A stretch of DNA of 64,000 nucleotides from Mytilus californianus (Eukaryota). Made by a program: the position numbers and the translations under genes. Below, in pieces: positions 51,584 to 64,000 of this stretch; position 1 is the stretch's first letter, and the number at the start of each line of letters is the position of its first letter. The notes under the pieces are model-generated. The model did not search any database, was not told where the DNA came from, and worked only from the letters and a program-made list of their open reading frames with translations. The stretch covers positions 5,890,001 to 5,954,000 of the forward strand of contig NW_026262581.1 of assembly GCF_021869535.1 (NCBI RefSeq), in the 5' to 3' direction.

Positions 51584-53233
51584 GTAAGATCTATGAAGTG
51601 CATTTTACTTCCAGCTGGAACGGAATGATTCAAATGCATTATAAATTTGTTTTAATCGTTAAGTATAAAGTAAAATAACATAAATACCGAACTCCAAGGA
51701 AAATTCAAAACGGAAAGTCCTTTATCAGTCAAGTATGCGACAGTTGAAAGCCGTCTTGTCTTTCAGTTATTTGAAATACACTTTGACTCATTTATGTATA
51801 GCTAGGATTGTCTAGTGGAACCGACTCAACCGTAATTTTGGCAACTGATTTGATCGACAATCTCTTAAACCAATTGATGAAAGTTTTACACAAGTAAATA
51901 AATGGCTTTATCACAGAAACAGTGAAGTCTCATTCTTATATTGACTTACATCTAGAAATTGACAATGAGGGCCGATACTACCATTTTCACGAAAAGTAAT
52001 GACGTTATTTCCCCCATTGTTACGCACGAACATTAATACGTTACAATAATTTTATTCACCGTAAATAGTTGATTAATGACTGGTATTATCTCGGGAACTT
52101 AACATTCATCAAAGAACAATGACAATGAACTATTGTAAATGAAAATATCACTTTGTAAATCTTGTCCTCCAAAGCGCTCATTTAAGTTAAGTATATTATT
52201 TTGACCAGTTTCAAATGTTTAAGTCAAATGCAGATGAACCTCGTCAGACGGCCATCAGCTAACCAATACATAAAGTCAAGTTCAGGTGAATCCTGTCTAA
52301 CGGACATTAAACCTTACAATTAGTCTGAATTCCAAATACAGTTTGACATTTAACTCACAATAACTAAAATAATCACGCAATCAAAACCTGCATATGTATG
52401 CGGTTATTGAAACATGAAATTAAGGTCGAGGACAAAGAACATATATACCTAAAGTAAATGCCGGATTGCGTCTTTCCTGGGGTCGACATCCGTCATAACG
52501 AGAAATAATGAATTAGAAGGACATTCTAAAAAAAGCTAATGAAAATAAAACAAAGAATTTTTGTTCAGATTCGAATTGATTCTTTAGTATATCTCTAGTA
52601 TATCCGTTGAAAATTTGTATCAATCTTGACTTTAACAACAATATGAACGACTGATTTATCTATGTATATAAAATTTGAAGAAAACATCTTCTGACTATAA
52701 TTCTAGATAAATATTCAATTTCCATTCGATTTGATCATGTTTTGGATTATACCTTTAAAAATGAAACACTTTAGGGCAAATCGCCAATAAATCTTTGTAC
52801 TTTTAACTTTTTGATAAAAAAACAGTCAATAAAAAGAAAACAAACCATTGAATAAAATATTTATATAAAAAATTTATAACAGGAAATTATTCTGACATTA
52901 AACCACAGAGAAACTATTGGCTGTCATATCAAAAAAGGAAGTTTGAGTTTGTTAAAATAATTATCATGTGTTAGACACCCTTCTTGAATTAATTAAAGAA
53001 CAGACAAGTTTAATGTATAAACAATTGTTTTATGTAAGTTTGCATTAGACTTTTAGTACCCTTGACATTTTATTAATATACTTTTTTCAATGCGACAATG
53101 ATTAACGAATTGAAATACTAAAAAAATATTGATATATTTGCAACCAATATAATTGTCAAAGGACGGAATTGGCAATGCATGAAAGTGTAATCGAAAAATG
53201 GACACTAAAATGCTACCCTTGTAAGAAATTCTC

Positions 53234-53428
53234 TGTCTTTTGCCTTCCTGTGGCTGCGACCCACTCACAAAATGTCTTTTGCCTTCCTGTGGCTGCGACC
53301 CATTCGCAAAATGTCTTTTGCCTTCCTGTGGCTGCGACCCACTCGCAAAATGTCTTTTGCCTTCCTGTGGCTGCGACCCACTCGCAAAATGTCTTTTGCC
53401 TTCCTGTGGCTGCGACCCAATCGCAAAA
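53234..53428. repeat. 39-bp minisatellite x5
   Basis: TGTCTTTTGCCTTCCTGTGGCTGCGACCCACTCGCAAAA. Confidence 0.96.
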
Positions 53429-55084
53429 AAGGAATTTCCCTTTGTCATGTAAGATTATTTTACAATACTGATACCTATAATTAATATCTATTAGACAACC
53501 TGGTATCCTTTTTTATATAACACCAACTTGCGTAACCAATCATTATATTTCTTCTTAGTAACCAAAGTTATTTGTAACTAAAAAATGAAATTGAGATGAT
53601 TTACTCAAACATTAACATAGAGGTCGGATGATACCACAATGTAATACCATGAAAATAATAATCAATAACACAGAACAATATAAAGATACTGTGGTAAGCA
53701 GACCTAACATATTTTCCCTAAAAAATCCCATATTCACTTTCAATTTATATGTAATTGCTGTAGGGACCAACCAAGGATGGAGTAGTTCATATAATATACT
53801 ACAAGAGTACTTAGAAAGAAAACCAAATAGATGGTTAAGGTATCAATTTATAAAAGATAATTGACAATACTAGTACCAAAATGGACAGGGGAGTAAGGTG
53901 GGATGAAATTTTTTGTCATAACAAGACCATGTATCATCATAATCGCTATCTCAACCGTTGTTCAATTATTAAAGACTAAACAAATCAAGGTGATACTCAT
54001 TGGAAAAATTCTGATTATTTCGAATCTAATGATATACAAGTGTGTTAATTTTTGAAAGGTTACCAAAACCGTTTAAAAAATAATTGCAAATACCCTTAAG
54101 GGGAATATGATATTTTGCGGTCAATGAACATTGTCCATGACACACCATTCTCTTCAAAATTCTGATTTAAACAATGAACAAAAAATGCACATCTAGATTG
54201 CATGAAATACACAGCTAGATATAAAAAAATGCACACTTACATTTAAAAACGACAAAGCCATATTTCAAAAATTTTCAAATAGATTTAGAATACAAGATTT
54301 CTTTTAGTAGTTTTGCATTTCAAATTCAAATCAATTTTTATTTAAATGTTTGATTATTTCTGTACTTTTAAAAAACCCGTTTAATTTTTTTACGTTAAGT
54401 CTCAACTTTTCATTTGCAAGTCCAATGAGTCCCAAATGTCAGAAATGAAAATCGGAAGAAATCCATATTTTGATTTAACAAGACATACATATTCGTTAGA
54501 TGTGCAAAGTTAAGTCGCATGAACTCTAGCTCTGTATTTTACAAATTTTGTGGTGTTGTATATAAATCTAGTTATGTAGTTTTAATATATCAAAAAGGAG
54601 GAATATACCAAGGGAACATTCAAAACTCATTGGCGAAGAGAAACTGACAATTAACTAGCTACATCTATATAATCTACACGTAAAGATACAATATCTGACT
54701 TTGGTTTTTTTTCAAATATAGCTACTTATTTCTAAAATTTTGTTTTCTAAAAGAGTTTTTTAATGATTACATTTATTTGGTTCGAGGAGTTGATATGATT
54801 ATCAGGGTATACATTCGGGGATATATACAGTTGTTTTGATTGATGGAAAATTATTGATGTATAAAGAGGAGAGGAAAAAAGGAATCAGTTTGGGGAATGG
54901 AGTATATATCATCAAATGTGTACTGTAATGAATGGTAAGAATGAAAAGTACGAGGGTAGGTTTTTGAATAATATTGAGAAAACGAATGATGATTTAGAGT
55001 AGGCCTTTTAGAAAAGGAGTACTTAAATAAGTCTTGTCAGGAGGACGAAAGACCATAACATTGTATAATGACGAAAAAAGGTTC

Positions 55085-55350
55085 TATAGTGATCATTATC
55101 ATCGGGTTTGTACTAACATGGGCAACACGACGGGTGCAACATGTGGAGCAGGAACTGCTTACCCTTCCGGAGCACCTGAGATCACCCCCAGTTTTTGGTG
55201 GCGTTCGTGTTGCTCAGTCTTTATTTTGCTATGTTGTGTTTTGTGTACTGTTGATTTCTGTTGGTCTTTTTCTTTTTTAGCCATAGCGTTGTCAGTTTAT
55301 TTTCGACCTTATCAGTTTGAATGTTCATTTGGTATCTTTCACCTCTCTTT
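55085..55350 (+). mobile_element. Penelope pLTR-like repeat
   Basis: GCAACACGACGGGTG...CTTCCGGAGCACCTGAGATCACCCC; homologs at 44520-44600, 46900-47030 and 63551-63757, inverted at 54596-54652 and 63131-63305. Confidence 0.65.
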
Positions 55351-55789
55351 TATCCTATTATGGGCCCAAAAACAACATAATACAGTCACCTAACGTTAAA
55401 ACCTACAGATGATAGTACATTAAGCGACCTCAAAAGGTCACAAGATAAAACATGTCATTTATATTAATAGAAATAATGATAGAAAGAACAAGAAAAAGAA
55501 CAATGGGAAACGGGCACTTATACTTTGAAATTGAATGCTTTACTAGGATTGTTCATGATTTGTTCGCACTAATTCCGTTTGAACTGTACTGAATGATGAT
55601 TTAGTCTTGACTAACTTGATCTAATTTGACATTTGCGGAAACTAGGTCTATACCTAGGATTACACTTAGACTTACGATTAGAGTTGATGAAAACAAGGGG
55701 TCCTCTGAAAATAAAAAAAATAAGCCCAATTGAGATACATAGTCACATGAAATGATTTTTTTTTATCATGTAAATAAGTCTTTTCGACG

Positions 55790-56560
55790 ACACACAAACT
55801 CAGACAGAAACTTATGGTCACAACAGATGTGAATTGCCACAAAGGCCCCATAACTTTGTGTTTTATTTTAATTCGATCTCCGAAGGCGTGTTCAACCTCT
55901 ACTCTTTAGTGTGTAATATGTCTATTTAATTTTCTACATTTCCTCTGCATATTCTGGGCTTTATCTTATGTAAGGTGTCAATACTGGATATCTGTTTGGA
56001 TATGTTTTGTCGCCTAGCAAAAGTTCAGTCGTAAAAAGTAATTCTTGTCCTATATTTCGCATCAATATATATTGCTGATGCCACAGAAATCCGCACTCAA
56101 AATATCATATCCTGTCTTCGTTCAATATTACAACATGAGTGTGAATGCAGTGACAATGTCTGTGTCCTTGGGAATACTGTTCCTTTTGTTCCGTTATCGG
56201 CCACAAACTCTCCGTCTATAGCTTTACTGCAAACGGAAATTTTGGCCAACCAAATTGTAAGTTCTGCCAATCATCCAAAGAAGGCCAATAAATAAAACGG
56301 TTATATGTTTCATGAAATAGGTATACATGATGTGTTTCATCTTTGATAGTCAAAACGGCAAACTATTTCATAAATCATATGATAAGACAGGTACGATCGT
56401 AACCATAACATAAAAGAAGAATTGTGTTTCCCGTTGAAAGCTTACGATCCCGACCCGTTCTCTGTCTGAAGAGACAATTTACATCGGCTAGAATTTAAAG
56501 TAGCGTTTCAGGAGTTTGACCGGAAAAGGAATATCGTTTGATTGCAAAACAAGTTAACAC
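55790..56560 (-). mobile_element. Decayed PIF/Harbinger-type (HARBI1-like) DDE transposase
   Basis: LWLRSY, FIYWPSLDDWQ, FPFAV-AIDG (56222-56211), GHRHCHCIHT, LLGDKTYP (56017-56006), VEHAFG (55896-55881); frameshifts and stops. Confidence 0.78.
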
Positions 56561-58019
56561 ATTTCTCCCATTCCAAAAGTAAACATCATTGCCTATAATA
56601 TTTCCCTGATTGTAAACGATTGGTTTGTCGGTGGTCAAGCTAGGACTACCATGGTTATAATCAGATGACGAATGACATGTGTACATTACATCTTATGGAG
56701 TCTACATCAAGGCTGGTAATGCTGCCATGGTTAACCTGTGTTCTTCATTTATAACGGGGAAAATAAAATAGATGCACGAAATACACTTATCATTTATTCA
56801 TTTTTCCGTATTAATAGTTCTACTCGCTTTACAAAAGCGGGCGGTATATAGTAATTAGGAGTCGTACATCTTTTATACGATTACACTTTTGTATCCGGAA
56901 ATGCTCCCTAACCGACTTCAATAGTGTGTGATTTCTTTTAACAAATACGTTTAAAGATACATGTTGTAATTAAATATCACGTTGGGGATTTTTTCAAAAT
57001 ATCAGCTTATAATCTATTCTTAATAAAATATAAAAATATCTCGTTTTAAATCATGTGTCATGTCTTTGATTAAGATTCGGATCCATTTAATATTCGTGTG
57101 CATTCAAATATCTCTACAAGCAAAGAGCATTTAAGTCAAAAATGATGTAATATAGTTTTATTTGCTAACTACTTTATTTCTAAAGAAATAAAAAAAAAAT
57201 CATCGTTTAAAAAACTTGTTTGACGTGCATTAAATCCAAAATTGGGTTACCAGACATCCGTGTACTTTAAAAGACAACCTGAGTGCTTTAAGAATATTTA
57301 AACGAAGTTCTTGGGGGTCTATACTTAGAAATTCTTGATTTAATTGAAAAATATAATGCATGTACAAAAATTATGTTTAATGCAACTTAAGTTACTTTAA
57401 GTTTTTAAAACATGGAAACGATGCAAAGAGGCATTCAGAACCCATAAGTCGAAGACTCCACCATAATCAAAAGAAAAACGACGAAAATACTCCACAAAGA
57501 AACATAGAGTTCATTATGACTATCAAAAAATCAACTGATTTTGACTAAATATGGTATATGTTTTCTAATCATAACAGTAAAATTTAAATAATTGAGACCT
57601 CTGACAACTAAGGATAATTTGACAAACCACAATATAAATTGAATCAAGTTGTCGCTAATGATAGTCGAAAATTAACATTTGGTGCCTGACGGTAAAAGGC
57701 ATTTAAACCATCTTGAAAGATTTCTAGGATCACTTATTACAACACGGGCCAGTATATGTAAAGACGAATATATATTTGCTTTATATTTTCATTGCATTGA
57801 AAGATAATTGTTGTTTTATTTTTCTAATTGATCTCGTTAGGCCGTCAATCAACAATTTATAGCAACAGAACTTATTGAAATGCATCAAACTGATAAGTTG
57901 TCACAGCAAGCTAAGATGGTCAGTTAGTGGAAACTGTGAAGAAAAAAATCTAGACAAAAACAAACAAAAATCATATTAAACGTAAAAATCACGAAGAGCC
58001 GCTGGTCTGACAAGTGTTT

Positions 58020-58146
58020 CAAAATGGTCCGAGTTGTCTTTCAAACTTGTCCTAGCTGTCTATAAAAGTGGTCCGAGTTGTCTTTAAATTGGCCTGAGTT
58101 GCTTTATTCCGATTTGCCTTGGGTCCAAGTTGTCCCGAGTCCACCT
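58020..58146. repeat. Cluster of GGTCCGAGTTGTC subterminal-type repeats (DNA transposon end fragment)
   Basis: About five degenerate copies; no partner end found. Confidence 0.45.
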
Positions 58147-58559
58147 CAAGCTGCCAAATGACATTTTGTATCGATATTTCTTTGAAATACCGTTGTTCAA
58201 CTATAGAAAAACATCATAGGAGTTAGTCTTTGTTTTGAACCGACGGTTTATATTTACACTTTGAAACGACCCAAGATTTAAATGCTACATGTAAGTGTAA
58301 TTGTTATCATAATCATAGGTGTATATCAAATTTCCGCAAATGTCTATTACTAGCAAACATTAGACTTTTTGTAATTTTGTAAGTTGTTTTTTGTTTTTGG
58401 TGTAAATATAATGAGTCAAGCCCTTTCCAACTTTTTTAAGCTATAATTGTTGTGTTATAACACAATTGCACAATTGTCTCGGATTAATGGGAGAGCTGAA
58501 CACTCACAAACATGTTAAACCTTTCCACAGGTTGGAAGAATATAATGTATTTATCCGCC

Positions 58560-59500
58560 TCATTTTTAGACTTATACCTCGAATTTGACATAAACGGTCA
58601 TCTCAGTACCTGAATCTATGACAAACGAGACGATTTTAATTTTGAAATTATCAATTTCCCCCACCTTAGTTACAATATACCAACTTCACCTGCATATGGG
58701 ATATACATTTCCCAACTCATTCGGTATTCAAGAGCTTGCAGCTGCTACCCAGACTTTATAAAACGTCACCAGTGTCTGAGCAGATAGTTGATGAACCAGG
58801 CTTATGTCAAAGAACGTCTCTTCCTTTTTCTAAAAAAGTTCATCGGAAGATACAAAGACCTTGTTGATAAATATTCCATATCAACTTCACAAATAATACA
58901 TGATGGTCTTGAAGTTTAGATTCTAGGTACTGACATTGTTTATCATCTTAATTACGTGTTAACGTGTTCTTTTATTTTGTCTTTGTAAATTATTAACCTT
59001 TACTATTTAGTCCATTTTTGGTAATATCCTTTTGGCGTGGCTTGGTACTTATGCATCCCGCCAATGTGTTGTGGTGCTGTGGTCATTTTTTGTATTCTTG
59101 TCTTTCATTTTTGCTTATGTGCTATGTCTATATGCCATTTTGTTTTTCTTTGTTTACACATTTGTTTGTTTTTATAGTGATAAAGATTAAAACACAATGT
59201 TGACTGCTGTACCTATATTTTTGACATTTTTACCTATTATGTCTGATTGTTTTGTTCACACATTGTTCTCAATATAATGGAATTGTATGCGACTGTCATA
59301 CAAGTGAGATGTTTAGCTAGCTATAAAACCAGGTTAATCCACCATTTTCTAATTAAGGAAATGTCTGTACCAAGTCAGGAATATGACAGTTGTTTTCCAT
59401 TCGTTTGATGTGTTTGAGCTTTTAATTTTGCCATTTTATAAGGGACTTTCCTATTTGAATTTTCCTTGGAGTTTGGTATTTTTGTTATTTTACTTTTTAT
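58560..59500 (+). mobile_element. Penelope-like element 3' part (RT C-terminus plus non-coding tail)
   Basis: YLEFDINGHLST*IYDKRDDFNFEIINFPHLSYNIPTSPAYGIYISQLIRYSRACS...LKKFIGRYKDLVDKY. Confidence 0.85.
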
Positions 59501-59552
59501 GAACAAGTTACCAATAAAATCATCATAGATACCAGGATTTAATTTTGTATTT

Positions 59553-59596
59553 ACGCAAGACGCGCGTTTCGTCTACAAAAGACTCATCAGTGACGC
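59553..59596 (-). ncRNA. Type-I hammerhead, intact core, one stem-I mismatch
   Basis: GCGUCA-CUGAUGA-GUCU(uuugu)AGAC-GAA-AC(gcgc)GU-C^UUGCGU. Confidence 0.8.
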
Positions 59597-60299
59597 TCGA
59601 ATCCAAACAAGTTAAAAAAAGCCAAACAAAGCACGAAGTTGAAGAGCATTGAGGACCAAAATTCCTAAAAGTTTAGTATATACAATAATTTGTCATAACT
59701 GTAATTTGTTAAGATTTGGACACATTTGAAGCAATAGAATTACCTAGAAAGACATTTTTAACCAAAACCAAAATTTCTATCGGAAATAAAGCTATGTAAT
59801 GTATTTTGTATAGATAGAAATTATATTTTACAATATTTATTTTTTTAATGACATGAAAAAAGCAATAATGTAGCCATGATTTTTTTTTATCTTTATAGAT
59901 ATTGAGAAATTGTTGCGAAATATTTAAGATGTTTTTTTCATGTTCTTCGATAATCGAAAATAACAAGTTTTCATCAATCGTCGGATTTTGACATCGTGGA
60001 TGAAAAAAACAGGTTGAAATTGGTCACTACTCTTGAAAGAAGGAACACATAATTAGGAATTATTTGCCGAGGAGATTCCTAGTTAGTAAGAAACCTCTAT
60101 GTCGTTCGAATACAATCCTTGACCATCGTGGTTTTACGTGTATTAACTGTATAAGCACCCATACCTTGTATTGGCTGTGTTTCTTCAACAGAAAAAAAGA
60201 TTACATGCTTGTTATTTTTCTTAAGTTTCAATAAAAAAGAACGTTTAAAATATAACCTAAGGTAGGGTGCAACAAGAGCATTGTCTGGGTAAACCGTTC

Positions 60300-60740
60300 A
60301 CTTAAATTTGAACGTTTTATTTTAGATTTCCATCTTCGTCTTCTTAAATATTGAGATAACGCAAAAACCAAATTATAACCTCGGTATCTTTCATGAGTTT
60401 TTACAATCTCTGGGTCGATGTCACTGCTGGTGGACGTTTCGTCACAAGCCCGGTAGTCAGCACTTTTGTGTTGACATCAAATTCATTTAAAATATGTTTT
60501 ACTGTTCATAAATTGTTGAATGTACCAAACAATAAGGATGTTATACCTCCAGGCATAAATTGATTAAGCCGTATTTGGCAACATTTTTCATAATTCCGAT
60601 TTTTAATCCTCTTTTGTATTTGAGTTGGAATAACTTTATTGAGTTGAGCTCCACTAATAAGTCTGATGAAAACTGAACGCACGTCTTGCGATCAAATAAT
60701 CCTGGTATCTCAGCGGAGTTTTTACAACCACTCATTCATA
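60300..60740. mobile_element. Degenerate retrozyme/pLTR-like repeat with decayed hammerhead motifs
   Basis: CTGATGA...CGCACGTCTTGCG...AATCCTGGTATCT at ~60666-60710 matches the hammerhead repeat 3' flank. Confidence 0.45.
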
Positions 60741-61000
60741 CTCATAATTTTTTGATGTTTCAATTTTAAGGCCTTTCGAATAATTTCCCTTTCTGATAAA
60801 CCAGTTTTAAAACTTAAGTTTGAAAAAAGAAAAAAGGTAAAAAATCAATCTGGATTTTATTTCCAAAAAGGAATCTAGATTTTATATACAAAAACAAATC
60901 TGGATCTATATACATATAATTATATTAAAAACTACATTGATACACGTGATTTAATGTCATTTTAGTGCCTGCAATTATGTTTCAATGAAACAGTTTGCAT

Positions 61001-62190
61001 CTAGATTGTATATTCGTTCATTTTGTTATCAGATAGTTCTATAGACGGCAGAGCTTTTTTGAAAGTAGTATTTGTCTCGGATGTGGAAAGTCCACCACTT
61101 GTTGAGGATTCATTTCCATCCTTTCTTGATTTTTTACATCTTCCAAAACAAATATCAAGATGAGCAATTCTATTAAAAGCGGCTTCGAACTTCGTATTGG
61201 TAATATAATAAACAAGCCAGTTTATGGAAGGATGAAGGTGTGCCCATACTGTTATGTATACATGTACTTCATGGGGAAACGAATCATCTGTGTCTAGTAC
61301 AATGAGTAGCGCATAAGGTATCCAACATGCAGCAAAAATTACATATATGATGCATAATGTTTTAGCAAGTCCAATCGAGTATGACGACGTACGCCTTGAA
61401 CTTGCAGTTTTTGTTTTCTTTCGGGATCTGTGAACTTTCAAAAATATACTAAGATATGAAAATCCCACAACAATAAGTGGAATCCAAACTAAAGTTACAG
61501 AAAATACAACTGTGTATGGATATGTTTCCATTCGATCCCAAATGCATTCAAGGCTTTTTCTATCGAATGAATGATCTCCAATTCCGGCAAAGTTCAATAG
61601 AACGAGCAACAGACCAACCGAATAAAGACAGCAGCACATTATTATGCATGTCTTCTTTTTGAAGATTTTAAAGTAGAATTTATTTTGACAGATATATATA
61701 TACCTATTGAAACTAAGGAGGGCGATGCTTCCTAATGAATTAATGCATGCTATCGTACATCCAAAAGCTATTATCTGACAAAATCCTGGTAGTTTATCAA
61801 AGAATTCTTCTCCCTCAAGTTTTGCTGAAAAATACAAGACTTAAAGTTAGAATTTTGATTATAAAGTATAAATAAACAGTTTTGTGATTTTTGAAGTGAA
61901 TTACGATAAATAAAATATATATTCTTACCAACAATACTAAGGGGATCTGCTAGTGTGGTGACATACATATCGGATATGGCAAGGTTTGCCATGAAAATAC
62001 ATTCCAATTTGTGCAACTTTTCTGTTGTGAAAATAGTAATTAGAATAAGAACATTTCCAAATGTTCCAAACAAAGCGGCTAAAATCAGTGTTATCAAAAT
62101 AGGTATTGCAACTCCTGGTGTCTCGTTAAGAAATTGATATCTACCAAACGTATTGTAAGAATTCGTCAAATTTCCTAACGTCGAATTCAT
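61001..62190 (-). CDS. Rhodopsin-class GPCR, melatonin-receptor-like, 2 exons (61929-62190, 61001-61824), 361 aa
   Basis: Seven hydrophobic helices; GN(TM1), NLAISD(TM2), SFNRYIYIC (NRY as in melatonin receptors), CWIPY(TM6). A 104-bp GTAAGA..TTTTCAG intron joins the two ORF-track ORFs in frame. Confidence 0.92.
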
Positions 62191-64000
62191 AATTTTTCAG
62201 ATATATACTGCATACAACTTAAATATAAATTAACACTATAAATCAAGAGTATAGAATGAACTAGCAAGGAAGTTATTCTTTTCATATACAAATCAAATGG
62301 CAGGCAAAAATTTCCGTATTCTTGTTACTTACGAGTATTTGTTGGGAAAACCATACTTATAAAATTAATAAAAAGCAGACTTTTAATACGATTCGGCTAA
62401 AAAAAAAATGATGTTTACAACATTCTGTTTTTTTTTTCACATCTTACAAAATTCATAGAATGCAATGGGTGTTGAATAGAATATGTTATATCATGCTTAT
62501 GCATTTTAAGGAAACCAGACTTATCAACACTATATATGTGGGTTCCGTTATTTACAAAGATACCAATTTTTGTGGATTGAGGAAAAATTGTTTTTTCGTT
62601 GATAGTGAATTTCGTGGTTTCGTAAAAATCTGCATGCAAGCCTCTGAACAATGTGTACTTCGTCGAACATCAAAATTCGTGGTTTACCTTAACCCACGAA
62701 ATACATGAAAATTGGTATCCCACGGATAATAATGAATCCACAATAAATTGAATTCCTACTTATCAAGCAAAATGACTTTACATATGTCATGCAGGTAAAA
62801 AGACTCGATTAACCATTTGTAAAATATGCTAAAAAAATATCATTCAGTTCTGTATTTGTAAGAAACACATATATATTTTATAGTTGCACATATTCTTTTT
62901 TTTTTACGTTATACATAGTTAATGTCTGAACTCTCAGAATTGAATAGTCATTTTTGTTATAACTTTTTCAAACGAAGGTTGTCTTTGTTAACTTTTAGAT
63001 CGTATCTCACTATCATTTCATTATTATTGTACTAGTATTATTATCATTAGTATGATTATTATTTGTATTATTATCTAATGTACTGAGGATGTCTTAATAA
63101 ATGTTTAAGAATTTCCCCTAAATCATTTTAAAAGAGAGGCGGAAATACCAAAGGGATATTCAAACTCAAAAGTCGAAAACAAACTGACAATGCCATGGCA
63201 AAAAAATAAACAAAAAAACGAAAAACGACCAAGAGACAAACAGGATCCTACAAAACACATAATGAAGACTGGGCCACACGATCCCCACCAGAACCGGGAT
63301 TATGGTAGATAGTTAGTAGATCAACAAATGAAAATGTTTTCTAAAATTTACTTGAAGAGAACTACATATTTACATGTATATTCAAATTTGAATAAAAAAT
63401 AAAGCACTGTATTCATTTTACAGAAATATCGAGTTTAAAATTTTAGTTTATAAAGGGAAAAATCATCCGTTTTTGGTGAATAAAAACTAAAATTATCCAT
63501 CGAAATTTACTTTTTTAGGGGGAAGGGGGACTATAATTAGAAAGGTACAAAATGCAGATCAGGAACAGCATACCCTCCCGGAGCACATGGAATCACCCTT
63601 GGTCTTTGTTGGGCTTCGTGTTGCATCGTGCTTAGTTTTGGATGTAGTGTTCTTTTAGACAGGTGTTTGTCTTTTCGTTTTATGTCGTTTTTTTTGCCAT
63701 GGTTTTATCAGTTTCCCTTCGTCTTATGAATTTTAATTGTCCCTTTGGTATCTTATGTGGATATCCCTTCCCCTATTTTATTCTTCTTTACAAATTAGTG
63801 TTATGTTAAACACATTTTTTAAAGATTCTTTGAATCATGAAGAAGTAAATCACAGAATCATTAAGAAAAATATCACATGTTTTAAACACATGCATATAGT
63901 TTTGTCTTTTTGTCTTGCACAATTTATTATACACTAGAAAGTAAACTGCATAAACGCGTGTATGAATGAGGGTTTTGAATGGGGTCTCCAAGGGAACTGA

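Noticed and set aside
53764-53839. Candidate SLC44 exon 8 (AG..GT bounded)
   Set aside because: Open only in a phase incompatible with the strong exon-7 donor, and the peptide is not CTL-like.
60420-60465. Second, minus-strand hammerhead in the 60.3-60.7 kb repeat
   Set aside because: GAAAC-GUC is present but stem II and the CUGANGA box are missing.

Overview
AT-rich, repeat-dense eukaryotic DNA. The repeat families, intronless B-box gene and hammerhead/Penelope repeats point to a bivalve, probably Mytilus (inference, no search run). Genes, all spliced and translated by hand: (1) a complete 13-exon ZNG1/CBWD (COG0523 zinc-chaperone GTPase) gene on the minus strand, 35288->13048, 362 aa; (2) a frameshifted, intronless RING-less TRIM-like pseudogene nested antisense in its 12.9-kb intron 11; (3) the first 7 coding exons of a choline-transporter-like (SLC44/CTL) gene on the plus strand, 43989->51583, with no further exon found; (4) an intact 2-exon melatonin-receptor-like GPCR on the minus strand, 62190->61001. 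The rest is layered mobile DNA: CR1/L2-type and RTE LINE relics, Penelope-like RT fragments, tRNA-derived SINEs, Helentron/HINE elements carrying satellite arrays, Kolobok-, MULE-, hAT- and Tc1-type MITEs, and a Harbinger transposase relic missed by the ORF track. The most intriguing signal is a set of minimal type-I hammerhead ribozymes whose catalytic cores are broken when sense to the host intron and intact when antisense (small n). No CRISPR array, tRNA gene or rRNA gene was found, and I cannot establish a wholly new system from sequence alone.
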